Below are positions 8,867-18,702 of a stretch of 36,391 bases of DNA, piece by piece. Position 1 is the stretch's first letter, and each line of letters begins with the position of its first letter. The DNA comes from a virus (Duplodnaviria; Caudoviricetes). Under the pieces are notes generated by a model. The model had not been told where the DNA came from. It saw nothing but the letters and a program-made list of their open reading frames with translations, and made no database searches. Where the stretch lies: positions 1-36,391 of the IMG/VR virus record IMGVR_UViG_3300037484_000989; one strand, 5' to 3'. Made by a program: the position numbers and the translations under genes.

Positions 8867-9523
8867 ATGGCAGGTCCAGTACACGGCTCTCATTCCCAAC
8901 TCCTGTTGACATCTACTCCGAATGTCGCATTTAGCAATGAGGCATTAACCAATTCAGGCGATAATGTCAAATTTAATATAACGGGAGCGCAGACTAAGAG
9001 ATATTGGGACAGAACATCTACATTGGTGTTTCAACAGTCAAGCAATGGCTCTTCATGGAATACGGTTACGCCTACATCTGTGCAACATGTAGGTGGCATT
9101 GTGGTGTTCCCCAGCGCCGCTGGTGGCACCAATCAAGCAAGGATTGCATCGGGTGGATATTTGCCTTATGCGGCGGCGGGTGAGATCAAAGATGTTGAAT
9201 TTGATCTGTCACGAGACATAGCGGAGTCGACAACCCTCACCACGTCAAGCACGCCGACACGATGGAGGACCTATAAAGGAGGCTTGCTTAGTGGATCACT
9301 CAAGATTGGGAAGTTTTTAGCGGATGGGACGTATGTCAATCTTGCAACTGTAAGCACTGCTGATACTCTTATTGCCTCTATTGTGCTAGATGTAGCTACA
9401 ACATTGCGTTTAGAGTGTTTCGGGTATTTGCAAAAGGATGGTGCAAAGGTAGCTATCGGTGATCTTGAAATGGAAGATCTAGACTTTATCATAGACGGTG
9501 CAGTTTATCTAACAAATGCGTAG
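8867..9523 (+). CDS. Second tail-tube paralog with inserted domain
   Basis: C-terminal half aligns with 8465..8857 (EI..V.FDLSRD.AESTT, WRTY.GGL, KVAIGDLE, I.GAV). Confidence 0.75.
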   Translation: MAGPVHGSHSQLLLTSTPNVAFSNEALTNSGDNVKFNITGAQTKRYWDRTSTLVFQQSSNGSSWNTVTPTSVQHVGGIVVFPSAAGGTNQARIASGGYLPYAAAGEIKDVEFDLSRDIAESTTLTTSSTPTRWRTYKGGLLSGSLKIGKFLADGTYVNLATVSTADTLIASIVLDVATTLRLECFGYLQKDGAKVAIGDLEMEDLDFIIDGAVYLTNA

Positions 9524-9537
9524 AAAGAAGCTTATTT

Positions 9538-10041
9538 ATGGATATCAGGCAAATAGCATTCGAAACACCTCTAATGCAGGAGTCGCATTATATTGAGCGT
9601 TGGAAAGTATGGATCACAGTTCGTGAGCTTTCTGGTGAGGAAAGAGCGGAACTGCTTCAAAAGTCGACTGATATGATCAAAAAAGGCAATACAACCGAAG
9701 CGAGGGTTAATCTCAAAAAGCTCTACCCAATGCTCGCAATACTGACCACGCGCTATCCAGATCCTGCATGTCCCCCACATGATAATCATCCGCATTCCAG
9801 TGAATTCCCTGGTCTCAAGAACGCGATGGGGGAATATGTCACCCAGCCAACTGAGAAGGCTGGTGAGCTGGTTTTTAGTCCCACTGATATAGGTCCGCTC
9901 AACAAAACATCGGGCGCGATCCTAGAGCAAATCTCGCAGATTGCAGCTCCGATGTCAGGTCTCAGGCCGGAGGATGTAGACGAAAAAAAAGAAGGTTTGA
10001 ACGGAACGATTGTGGAGAGCGACTCTTATACATTCGCATAG
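9538..10041 (+). CDS. Tail assembly chaperone (gpG-like)
   Basis: TVRELSGEER motif, upstream of tape measure, slippery A-run near the 3' end. Confidence 0.85.
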   Translation: MDIRQIAFETPLMQESHYIERWKVWITVRELSGEERAELLQKSTDMIKKGNTTEARVNLKKLYPMLAILTTRYPDPACPPHDNHPHSSEFPGLKNAMGEYVTQPTEKAGELVFSPTDIGPLNKTSGAILEQISQIAAPMSGLRPEDVDEKKEGLNGTIVESDSYTFA

Positions 10042-10190
10042 CACGTGAGCATCATATGCCCGTGTGGATGATGCTAAAGCTTTTCCCGAGTACTGAGATT
10101 ACTGATTTAGCAGCACTATACCGGATAGAAGATGAAAGAGCGAAGAATCAAGATAAAGATGTTATAGAATTAGACTTGAGTGAGGATTAA
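9984..10190 (+). CDS. -1 frameshift extension of tail chaperone (gpGT-like)
   Basis: A8 run at 9983-9990. The -1 frame reads RRFERNDCGERLLYIRIAREHHMPVWMML...ELDLSED and stops 1 nt before the tape-measure ATG. Confidence 0.85.
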   Translation, partial: KKRRFERNDCGERLLYIRIAREHHMPVWMMLKLFPSTEITDLAALYRIEDERAKNQDKDVIELDLSED

Positions 10191-13100
10191 ATGCTTTTAG
10201 CTCAAATGGTAGTTGAGTATGTTGCTGATATAACAAAGCTTGTATCAGGCGTGCAATCTGCCACGAAAAGCATGAATAATATGCAGAGCGCGGCTAGTGC
10301 ATCCACATCCTCACTTACATCTAGCTTTAAAGGTGCGACGGCTTCTATCCAGGCGTTGACCAAGAAAGCAGAATCCGCTGGCCTCAATGTGTCTAAGCTT
10401 GCCTCATTGCAGTTAAAGGCAGGTGAGAGCGCCTCTCGTTTATCTGTAGCACAGGCATCGGCGGCTCTTGCACTCAAAAAAGCCGATGATATGGCATTAG
10501 CGGGCACAGCAAGCGCACAGCAGATAGCAGTAGCACAGGCAAGAGCTGCTTTAGCCGCTGATCATGTCAAGGTAGCAGAAGACGCTGCTGCCAACGCCAT
10601 GGCTAAAGTCGACGCGGAAAGCAAGAAGTTGTCCGAAGCGCTGCAAGATGCAACATCTAAGTCCTCCCTCCTTGCAAGGGGGGCAGATGCGCTTAAGGGA
10701 TCGCTTGAGTCTATGGGCGAGCAAGCGAAGGCGATCACAGCAGTAGGGCTTACAATAGCAGCTGGTGGGGCTCTAGCACTTGGCGGCGCTCTAGCGTCGA
10801 CCGTTGGTCCTGCAAAAGATTTTCAGGCAACCATGCTCAAGGTAAACGCTCTGGCTGGTCTTTCGAAGAAAGAGGTAGATGCTGCAAGTGACGCTATTCT
10901 TCGCATGGCAGGACGGGTGGGCAAGGGTCCCCAGGATCTTGCCGAAGGTCTGTACTACGTTGCCTCCGCTGGCTACGATGCTAAGACCAGCATGGAGATC
11001 CTAGAAGTATCGGCAAAAGCTGCTAGCGTTGGCATGACCAGCACTCAGAATGTTGCAAATGCGTTGACAGCGGCGCTGGCAATCTTTCCTGGCATGGAAG
11101 TAGCAGAAGCTATTGACATGATGACTAAAACCGTTAGCACAGGAAAAACCGAATGGGAAGATTATGCCGTTGTTGTTGGCAAGATGGCAAAAAATGCGTC
11201 AAATGCAGGAATTGCATTTGAAGAGGTAAATGCAGCATTTGCCGTTATGACAAACACCATGCCGTCTTCTGAGCAAGCTGCTGATGCTCTTAATGCACTT
11301 CTTCAGACATCATCTCGCTTTTCATTGCTTACAGACAGGGCAGAAAAGCTAAATCTGACATTTGATATTAGCAAGTATAAAACGCTGGATTTAGCTGGTA
11401 GAGTCGCGTATTTAAGCGAAGTGACCAATGGCAATACAGAGTCAATGACCACAATGTTGGGACAGGAGAATGCAGTCATTGCAGCGACTACAATAGCAGC
11501 AGAAGGCGCTGCCGATTATACCAAAGCACTTGATGGCATAACTAATTCGTCAGGTGCAGCAAATAGCGCATTTTCCACAGTAGCAGCAGGTGCGCAAGCA
11601 TCGTGGGACAAGGCCAAGGGATCACTTGAGTCGCTTCAGATTAAGATAGGCAATGCGCTTATTCCTGCTGTTACAGCTTTTACCGATGAAGTAGCACCAT
11701 TAATTGGAAAAATGATTGAATGGGCTGAAGAAAACCATATTGTTGAAAATGCTACAAATGCAATATCGGGCGCGTTAACAAGTGCCAGCAAAGAAATGTC
11801 CAAATTTGTAGATGTTGGCACAAGGGTCGTGACCTTCTTCAGGGAGAATGAAGGTGCAATGGCCGCATTCCAGATCACAGGGGCCATGTTGGCCGCTACG
11901 TTCACGGCCATTGCCATTGCAGCTACAGCGGCGGCCATTGCAGAGGCAGCTGCTGCATGGCCTATTCTGCTTGTGGTGGCAGCTGTAGCAGGCCTCACCG
12001 CCGCGTTTGTCTACTTCTATAATAATGTAAAACCGTTCCGCGACTTTATGGATGCTCTTGGTGTTGTTTTTATGAAAGTGTGGGCCGTGGTTGTTGAGCA
12101 GTTTACGCCCGCGTGGAATGAATTAAGTATTGCATTTAAAAAAATACAACCTGCACTTGAAGTAGTTGGCAAGATATTGGGTGGTGTTCTGCTTGTTGCG
12201 ATTGGGCTTGTGTTTGCTGCTGTTGTTGCACTTGCAATGGGTCTAGCTGCTTCAATAGGCGGTATTGTCCGTGTCTTTACGGGTATGGTCGAGATTGTAT
12301 CAGGCGTACTTGATGTTCTGGGTGGCGTATTCCTACTTGTTATGGATTTGATCACATTCCGATTTGATCAGCTTGGAGGGGATTTAGCTCGTATTGGTGG
12401 CGGTTTTGTCCAGATATTTAAAGGGCTGTGGGATGTGATCGCAGGGCTGTTTTTGACCGCAGCGGGCGTAATAGGGGGCATTCTTGTAGGGTTTTGTCAG
12501 GGGATCGTAGGCTTCTTCCAAGGGTTATGGGATACGCTGGTAGGGCATTCTATCATACCTGACATGATCAATGCCATTATTGCATGGTTTGCTAAGTTGC
12601 CAGTCGAAGTAGGTGCACATATTCAATCTATGTATAATACTGCAATAGCTAAATTAAATGAATTACTAACTGCTGCACAAACCAAAGCATCTGAAATTAT
12701 AAACGGCATTATTGCATGGTTTCAGCAATTGCCGGGAACTGTAGGTGCACATATTCAATCTATGTATAATACTGCAATAGCTAAATTAAATGAATTATTA
12801 ACTGCTGCACAAACCAAAGCATCTGAAATTGTTAACGGAATTATTGCATGGTTTCAGCAATTACCAGGACGTGCCGGTGCTGCTATTAGTTCTATGTCTG
12901 CAACTGTTGTGAATGCATTGAACGGTCTTGCAGCTTCTGCGTACCAGTGTGGATTAAATATTGTAAATAATATTGCAAATGGCATAAGAGCAGGAATAGG
13001 GGCAGTGGGAAGTGCAATAAACGCAGTAACCCAATACATTGCTGACCATCTGCCTAAATCTCCTGCAAAGATGGGGCCGCTAAAAGATCTTGCAAAGCAG

Positions 13101-13784
13101 GGAAATGAGATAAGCAACCAAATTGCAGCTGGTATTCATACCGGTATACCTCAAGTGCAATCGGCTATTCAAAATATGTCCAGTGATGTTGTGTCTACAT
13201 TGAATGGGCTTGCATCTTCTGTTCCAAGTCCTGCATCAAATACTGTAAATGGCATTATGGATTGGTTAAAGCTTCTCCCAGAGCGTGCAAGAGATACCAT
13301 TCAATCTATGGTCAACACTATTGTATCTACATTGAATGGTCTTGCATCTTCTGCATCCCAATCAGGCGCAAACATTACAAATATGATTGCAGATGGCATA
13401 AGAAGCGCCATGGGATCGGTAAAAAGTGCAATTGCAGCTCTTACCCAATACATTAGCGATCATCTGCCTAAATCTCCTGCAAAAATGGGACCTCTGATGC
13501 ATCTTGCAAATCAGGGAACTGAGATAAGCAATCAAATCAGCAAGGGGATGATTGCAGGTATACCACTTGTGCGGACTGCTATCAATCACGTGGTCGAACC
13601 AGTGGGCATTAATCTCAAAGGAGTGGAATCCACTCCTATCCAATCCCTTGCCAAGTCCCCCTTGCAAGGGGCAAGCAGCAAAGAAGACATTCATGTGCAT
13701 GTTTATTGGGATGGTAGGGATATAACGGATAAAATACAAACACGGGTGCTGAAGGAGAGTAGAAGGGGGCCAATAAGAGCATGA
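10191..13784 (+). CDS. Tape measure protein
   Basis: 1197 aa Ala-rich helical protein with TP901-like core, hydrophobic segments and W/F-spaced repeats. Confidence 0.95.
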   Translation: MLLAQMVVEYVADITKLVSGVQSATKSMNNMQSAASASTSSLTSSFKGATASIQALTKKAESAGLNVSKLASLQLKAGESASRLSVAQASAALALKKADDMALAGTASAQQIAVAQARAALAADHVKVAEDAAANAMAKVDAESKKLSEALQDATSKSSLLARGADALKGSLESMGEQAKAITAVGLTIAAGGALALGGALASTVGPAKDFQATMLKVNALAGLSKKEVDAASDAILRMAGRVGKGPQDLAEGLYYVASAGYDAKTSMEILEVSAKAASVGMTSTQNVANALTAALAIFPGMEVAEAIDMMTKTVSTGKTEWEDYAVVVGKMAKNASNAGIAFEEVNAAFAVMTNTMPSSEQAADALNALLQTSSRFSLLTDRAEKLNLTFDISKYKTLDLAGRVAYLSEVTNGNTESMTTMLGQENAVIAATTIAAEGAADYTKALDGITNSSGAANSAFSTVAAGAQASWDKAKGSLESLQIKIGNALIPAVTAFTDEVAPLIGKMIEWAEENHIVENATNAISGALTSASKEMSKFVDVGTRVVTFFRENEGAMAAFQITGAMLAATFTAIAIAATAAAIAEAAAAWPILLVVAAVAGLTAAFVYFYNNVKPFRDFMDALGVVFMKVWAVVVEQFTPAWNELSIAFKKIQPALEVVGKILGGVLLVAIGLVFAAVVALAMGLAASIGGIVRVFTGMVEIVSGVLDVLGGVFLLVMDLITFRFDQLGGDLARIGGGFVQIFKGLWDVIAGLFLTAAGVIGGILVGFCQGIVGFFQGLWDTLVGHSIIPDMINAIIAWFAKLPVEVGAHIQSMYNTAIAKLNELLTAAQTKASEIINGIIAWFQQLPGTVGAHIQSMYNTAIAKLNELLTAAQTKASEIVNGIIAWFQQLPGRAGAAISSMSATVVNALNGLAASAYQCGLNIVNNIANGIRAGIGAVGSAINAVTQYIADHLPKSPAKMGPLKDLAKQGNEISNQIAAGIHTGIPQVQSAIQNMSSDVVSTLNGLASSVPSPASNTVNGIMDWLKLLPERARDTIQSMVNTIVSTLNGLASSASQSGANITNMIADGIRSAMGSVKSAIAALTQYISDHLPKSPAKMGPLMHLANQGTEISNQISKGMIAGIPLVRTAINHVVEPVGINLKGVESTPIQSLAKSPLQGASSKEDIHVHVYWDGRDITDKIQTRVLKESRRGPIRA
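10668..10681. repeat. 14-bp palindrome copy 2 (CTCCTTGCAAGGGG, 1 mismatch)
   Basis: Read directly; encodes LLARG. Confidence 0.9.
12575..12866 (+). repeat. 132-bp (44-aa) near-identical tandem duplication in tape measure
   Basis: GTAGGTGCACATATTCAATCTATG starts at 12609 and 12741. Confidence 0.92.
13658..13671. repeat. 14-bp palindrome copy 3 (perfect)
   Basis: Read directly; encodes PLQG. Confidence 0.95.
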
Positions 13785-16700
13785 CAGCATCTAATATCAC
13801 TCTTACTATTGCAGGCTCAACATATCCGATTAAAGAGAAATCTTGGAGTTTACCCGATAAGATTGAAGAGCGCTCTAAATGTTCATTCATTGTGCAGGAT
13901 GACAATGCTGCATACTCATTTAAAAAAGGGCAATTAGTTACATTAACGGACACTCTACAAGGATTGCTCTTTTCAGGTTCTATCCATACAATTAGGAGAA
14001 CAAAACAGACAGGTGCAGGCATGACAACACCTGTACTGCATAGCATTGAATGCGATGATAAAACAGCAATACTTGATGCAAAAACATCAAATAAGCAGTA
14101 CATAAGCCAGCATGCAGGTGCGATAGTTGTTGATCAAATAAAAGACTTAGGACCATTGGGTATCCTTGCCAACTATGCAATTGATGTGGATGACACACAA
14201 GCGGACTTTGCAGCTGGCACGCTCAGTGGTACAGTAGCAGCAAACAGTGTAGACAATGGTAATCTTGAATTATCTCATGCAGGAGCTAAGACAATAATTA
14301 CAGAGAATACAACATCTATATTTAGCTCAGGAACGCTTGACCGCGTTACATCCGCCTCTAATACACTAGCGCCTACTTCTACACCTGCTATCAAGATTGT
14401 TGGTACACAATCGCTTGTTTCTGACTCTAATGCATATACATACATCAAGATCTTCTCATCAGGCTCAATATCTATTATTGCTAGTAGATATCTTGCCTAT
14501 GATATCTGGATAGATGCATCCTCTCCAGATATGAGAGCAGGAGTAGATATAATTTTTACGGACGGTTCTACGCTTCGTGGCTTGACACAGACGTATCCAT
14601 TTCATGATCTCCAAAATCTTTTACCCCATCCAAGTCAAAATCTTGATGGTTTTGCCAATGACAAATGGTATCATCGCAAATTTCTACTGGATAATTTTAA
14701 TGGAAAGACTATTTCACATGTAGATGTGGCAATTGAAGGTGATAAAGCAGGAACATATGCAATATATATAAAGAACATACTTGAAGTAGATGTAAATAAT
14801 GGAGTTATTAATACATTTTTCAATGGCACATTAAATGTAAATCCGCCTAAGCAGATGCAAAACAGCGGATATAGCAATATTGCATGCACTGTAGTCGATA
14901 CTTATGATTGTTCAACTGCAAATCGTGTAAGCCCTTCTTATAACATAGATCAAACAAAAATAGCGAAAGACTCGTTTGTCTCGTGGGCAGGGATAATACC
15001 AGAAAATACAAATATTAAACTGGAATATAGTTTGAATGGCGGCAATAGTTACATTGAGTGCGTAAATAACGCACCTCTGCCCAGTTTGATTGCCGGTCTT
15101 TCGCTTGCATCCAAAACAATCACATTCAGACAATCCTTTCAGCAATTAATAGGTGCATCTCCTGAGTCAAAACCAATATTAACAAATTTTATTTGTACTC
15201 TTAATCCTTCATATAGCGCTTCAAAATCAGATGTAACTATTTCTGCGACTACTAGTGCTGAATGGAATGCATCTGGCACATCATTTACAAATACGCAAGC
15301 CCCCTCTATCTTTCTCCTTCTGCCTGGGGGCGTCCGTGAATGGAGTAAGGCAAACACGGACAATATGACAATCTATGGTGGAGGATCGTCAGGACCATCT
15401 ACCACGACCGTCAATCAACATTGCAATTACAAGAAATTTTGGATTCAGCTTGGCAATAATTTAGAAGGTCGATCACGGCTTGATTGGCTGGGACAAGGAG
15501 ATAACGCTCTTCTTGAATGCGACATATATACTGATGTTTCGTATGGGAAAGTCGGAGTTGTGTACCGTACAACTGGGTGGAGCAATTGGGATTCAAATTA
15601 TGCATATGCCGTTGAGGTTACCCCAAGTACTGTAGCACTGCAAAAAGGTTCAAATAGTAGCCAATCATCAACTGGAAGCCGTACGCAACTTGCATCTGTA
15701 TCAATATCCATTGGCTCTAATTCTTGGCATCAATTAAAAGTTATTTTTAATGGATCTAACCATCAAGTATGGTTGGATGATATAAAATATATAGATGTAA
15801 ATGATGGCACATATACGGGATCTGGATATGTCGGACTCAGAACATCCAATTCAAGTACGACAGAAGGATACCAGGGACAATTTAATAATTTTGGATTAAC
15901 GGTGCCAGGGCTTACTGGATCATGGTTGTCGGCATCCACATCGTTGGCAAGCGCCAGTACCTATGGTGGCAGTGTCGTTACGTGGATAGATGGGAGCGTT
16001 GGCAAGCAGTCCACACTTGTTCTTGTAGAGTCAACAATCAATGGTGGTTCTAGTTGGCAGGCGGTGACCAATGGTGGATCTGTCCCGAATTTGACAGCTG
16101 GCCAGTCGCTATCAGGCATAAATCTTCGATTTAGAATTACGCTTACTACTGCTAGCGCGGCATCATTGCCTCAAATTCAATACTTCGTATGTCGCGTTCT
16201 GGGTGGATTTAGCAGTTCAGGCACACGCATAAGCAAGGCTCTCCCCTTGCAAGGGGTAGGTACGTGTGGGAGTACGCTCGTATTCTGGAATGCGATCACG
16301 CCGACGAACACAACGGTTGTTGTGGCCACAAGCCTAGATGGTTCTTCTTATACTAATGTGGCAAATGGCGGCTCTATTTCAGGCCTCAATCAGCAACCAG
16401 CCCCAACAATTGACTCATTCAATCTTTTGACAAGCTCAAATTATGTTAATACATTCCGATCAGGGGGCTCTTTGGCCTCCTGGGTGTGGGACACGGCAAG
16501 CAGCCGTTTAACAGTAACAGGCGGATCCCACGGCCTCCTCATCTATAACGGTATTGCCTCCTCAGCAAATGTGAGTGTGTACGCAGACTTAGACAGATCC
16601 GATAGCGGCGGAATTGTCTTGCATTATGCCAATAGTGGAAGCAGCATGTATTATTGCGTGATTGGGGATAATCTAGCGTCGTCTAATCCAAATACAGTAT

Positions 16701-18346
16701 ATATTTACAAATATGATTCTGGTGGTCCGTATACATATGGAAATACAAGCATAAGTTTCATTCGTGGCACTTATCACCGTTTTATCTTCCAATATTCCAA
16801 TGACAGATTAATTGTCTCTATGGACGGTGTAGAGCTTATAAATGCACTTGACAGCAGTACTCCTATTACGTCAGGGCAGTCTGGAATATATAACAATACA
16901 GGCGTGTCACGGTTTTATAATCTCAGAATACAGCCATCAGGTGATAGCTTAACCAACAAGAAAGTTTACACACGCATAACACTCACATCTACAGATCCTG
17001 CTGCTACACCTCAAGTATCTGATTTCACCACTCTTGTTACTAATCCAAATATTGGCGCGGGTTCACTTATTCCAACGGCAGATTATCGCAATACATACAG
17101 AAGTGATAATATAAGCGATTTAGCCAAACAATCTAACTATTATTGGAATATCAAGCCTGATGGCTCTTTCATTTTTACAGATCGCAAAACAGTACCGGCA
17201 CCGTGGTTACTGACAGGAAATGACGCGCTTGTATCAGGGTTAGAGGTAGAGGACTCTTCTGACCTCTACAGGAATAGGCAAACCATAACAGGCGTTCTGG
17301 ATATAATTGCACTTAATGAGGCAAAGCTTGGTGATGGCACTGCAACCTCTTGGACACTAAAATACAATGTTGTTTCTATGGACTCTATGGTGCTTAATGG
17401 ACAACCTGTCACATTTGGTGTTAAAGGCATTGATACAGGAAAAGACTTCTATTATGAGGTGGGATCTAACTCAATTGCAGCTGATACAGAGGGAACGCTT
17501 TTAATCGCAACTGATGAGCTATATGTCTCTTATGTAGGCCAATTTGAGACAACTGCCACACGAGACAACACAGGGCAATTCTCAGGGACCATCTCGCAAA
17601 GAGACTACATCGCTCAGTCAGGCTTGACAGTGCCCTCTCTCACCCTTCTCAATCAAGCGTCAGCTTCACAAAATGCCAGTGGAAGCACGGATGATATCGA
17701 TGTAAGTTTGTGTCGACGTATTGCTCTTGATATTAATATTACCGCTCAGAGTGGTACATCGCCTACTGTGCAATTCTTCCTGGAGAGAAAAACTGCCACT
17801 GGCCTCTATTCAATTCTCTATCAATCATCGGTGATCAGCTCGGGATCTACTCAGATTTCGACTTCAATCGGTCCTGGATGCGTAACAAAAGAGTCTTTGG
17901 GTCTTACCGTGCGCTTACGCTGGACAATCGGTGGAAGTGCATCCCCAACTAAAACATTCTCTGCATCAATCATTGGTCACATTGACGCTAGTCTTGCAGG
18001 TATTGGAGTAATTGAGGCAGTGGAAGATGTGTCAGGACAAAATATCAATGTTGCAGGTGCCAATGCCCTGGCAGATAGCCGCTTGCAGCAATACGGTGTT
18101 ATAGGACGCATCCTCCATTTTGAGACGCAACGCACAGGGCTTGCAGCTGGTCAGTATCTTAATTGTTTCTTGCCAGAGCTGGGGCTAAATGACGTTGCAC
18201 TGCTTATAACAGGCGTAACGCGTACACAAGCGCTTGTAGTGGATAACGGTTCACCTTCTCAACTTTATAATCATAGCGTAGAAGCGATAGAAGCATCTAT
18301 CCTTCCTTCATGGCAGAAGGCAATGTCAGACGCAGGAGTATCATAA
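13781..18346 (+). CDS. Large tail-tip/hub (Tal-like) protein with inserted lectin-like beta-sandwich domains
   Basis: Follows tape measure; hub-like segment SDLAKQSNYYWNIKPDG; ConA-like segments (WHQLKVIFNG...YIDVND.TY..GYVGLR). Confidence 0.75.
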   Translation: MTASNITLTIAGSTYPIKEKSWSLPDKIEERSKCSFIVQDDNAAYSFKKGQLVTLTDTLQGLLFSGSIHTIRRTKQTGAGMTTPVLHSIECDDKTAILDAKTSNKQYISQHAGAIVVDQIKDLGPLGILANYAIDVDDTQADFAAGTLSGTVAANSVDNGNLELSHAGAKTIITENTTSIFSSGTLDRVTSASNTLAPTSTPAIKIVGTQSLVSDSNAYTYIKIFSSGSISIIASRYLAYDIWIDASSPDMRAGVDIIFTDGSTLRGLTQTYPFHDLQNLLPHPSQNLDGFANDKWYHRKFLLDNFNGKTISHVDVAIEGDKAGTYAIYIKNILEVDVNNGVINTFFNGTLNVNPPKQMQNSGYSNIACTVVDTYDCSTANRVSPSYNIDQTKIAKDSFVSWAGIIPENTNIKLEYSLNGGNSYIECVNNAPLPSLIAGLSLASKTITFRQSFQQLIGASPESKPILTNFICTLNPSYSASKSDVTISATTSAEWNASGTSFTNTQAPSIFLLLPGGVREWSKANTDNMTIYGGGSSGPSTTTVNQHCNYKKFWIQLGNNLEGRSRLDWLGQGDNALLECDIYTDVSYGKVGVVYRTTGWSNWDSNYAYAVEVTPSTVALQKGSNSSQSSTGSRTQLASVSISIGSNSWHQLKVIFNGSNHQVWLDDIKYIDVNDGTYTGSGYVGLRTSNSSTTEGYQGQFNNFGLTVPGLTGSWLSASTSLASASTYGGSVVTWIDGSVGKQSTLVLVESTINGGSSWQAVTNGGSVPNLTAGQSLSGINLRFRITLTTASAASLPQIQYFVCRVLGGFSSSGTRISKALPLQGVGTCGSTLVFWNAITPTNTTVVVATSLDGSSYTNVANGGSISGLNQQPAPTIDSFNLLTSSNYVNTFRSGGSLASWVWDTASSRLTVTGGSHGLLIYNGIASSANVSVYADLDRSDSGGIVLHYANSGSSMYYCVIGDNLASSNPNTVYIYKYDSGGPYTYGNTSISFIRGTYHRFIFQYSNDRLIVSMDGVELINALDSSTPITSGQSGIYNNTGVSRFYNLRIQPSGDSLTNKKVYTRITLTSTDPAATPQVSDFTTLVTNPNIGAGSLIPTADYRNTYRSDNISDLAKQSNYYWNIKPDGSFIFTDRKTVPAPWLLTGNDALVSGLEVEDSSDLYRNRQTITGVLDIIALNEAKLGDGTATSWTLKYNVVSMDSMVLNGQPVTFGVKGIDTGKDFYYEVGSNSIAADTEGTLLIATDELYVSYVGQFETTATRDNTGQFSGTISQRDYIAQSGLTVPSLTLLNQASASQNASGSTDDIDVSLCRRIALDINITAQSGTSPTVQFFLERKTATGLYSILYQSSVISSGSTQISTSIGPGCVTKESLGLTVRLRWTIGGSASPTKTFSASIIGHIDASLAGIGVIEAVEDVSGQNINVAGANALADSRLQQYGVIGRILHFETQRTGLAAGQYLNCFLPELGLNDVALLITGVTRTQALVVDNGSPSQLYNHSVEAIEASILPSWQKAMSDAGVS
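16243..16256. repeat. 14-bp palindrome copy 4 (perfect)
   Basis: Read directly; encodes PLQG. Confidence 0.95.
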
Positions 18347-18693
18347 TGAGTTCAAGCATACTTTACACATTACCATCGTTAGCGCGTACAGCGAGCGGTA
18401 ACAGTGAGAACATTAACACCACTTCGTCCTTTGAGCTTGCATTTGATGCAAACACGACACTTGTAAGCGGTACAAGCCCGACTCTTCAATTTGCCATTGA
18501 TCGGCTGGGATCTGATGGTGTGTGGTATAACATTTGGTTAAGCCCGGTGCGGAATACAACGGGCTTTGACTCAAAATCAATTGGTACAGGTCTTGCATTG
18601 CCTGAGTCATCAGGAAGCGCCATTCGCATTCGATGGATTATCGGTGGCACATCACCGTCGTTTACATTTAGTATATCTCTCATTGGTAAATAG
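18346..18693 (+). CDS. Small beta-sandwich virion protein, paralog of a domain in the 1521-aa protein
   Basis: TAATG overlap, RBS AGGAG; SGTSPTLQF...RIRWIIGG. Confidence 0.75.
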   Translation: MSSSILYTLPSLARTASGNSENINTTSSFELAFDANTTLVSGTSPTLQFAIDRLGSDGVWYNIWLSPVRNTTGFDSKSIGTGLALPESSGSAIRIRWIIGGTSPSFTFSISLIGK

Positions 18694-18702
18694 GAGACAA
18701 AA

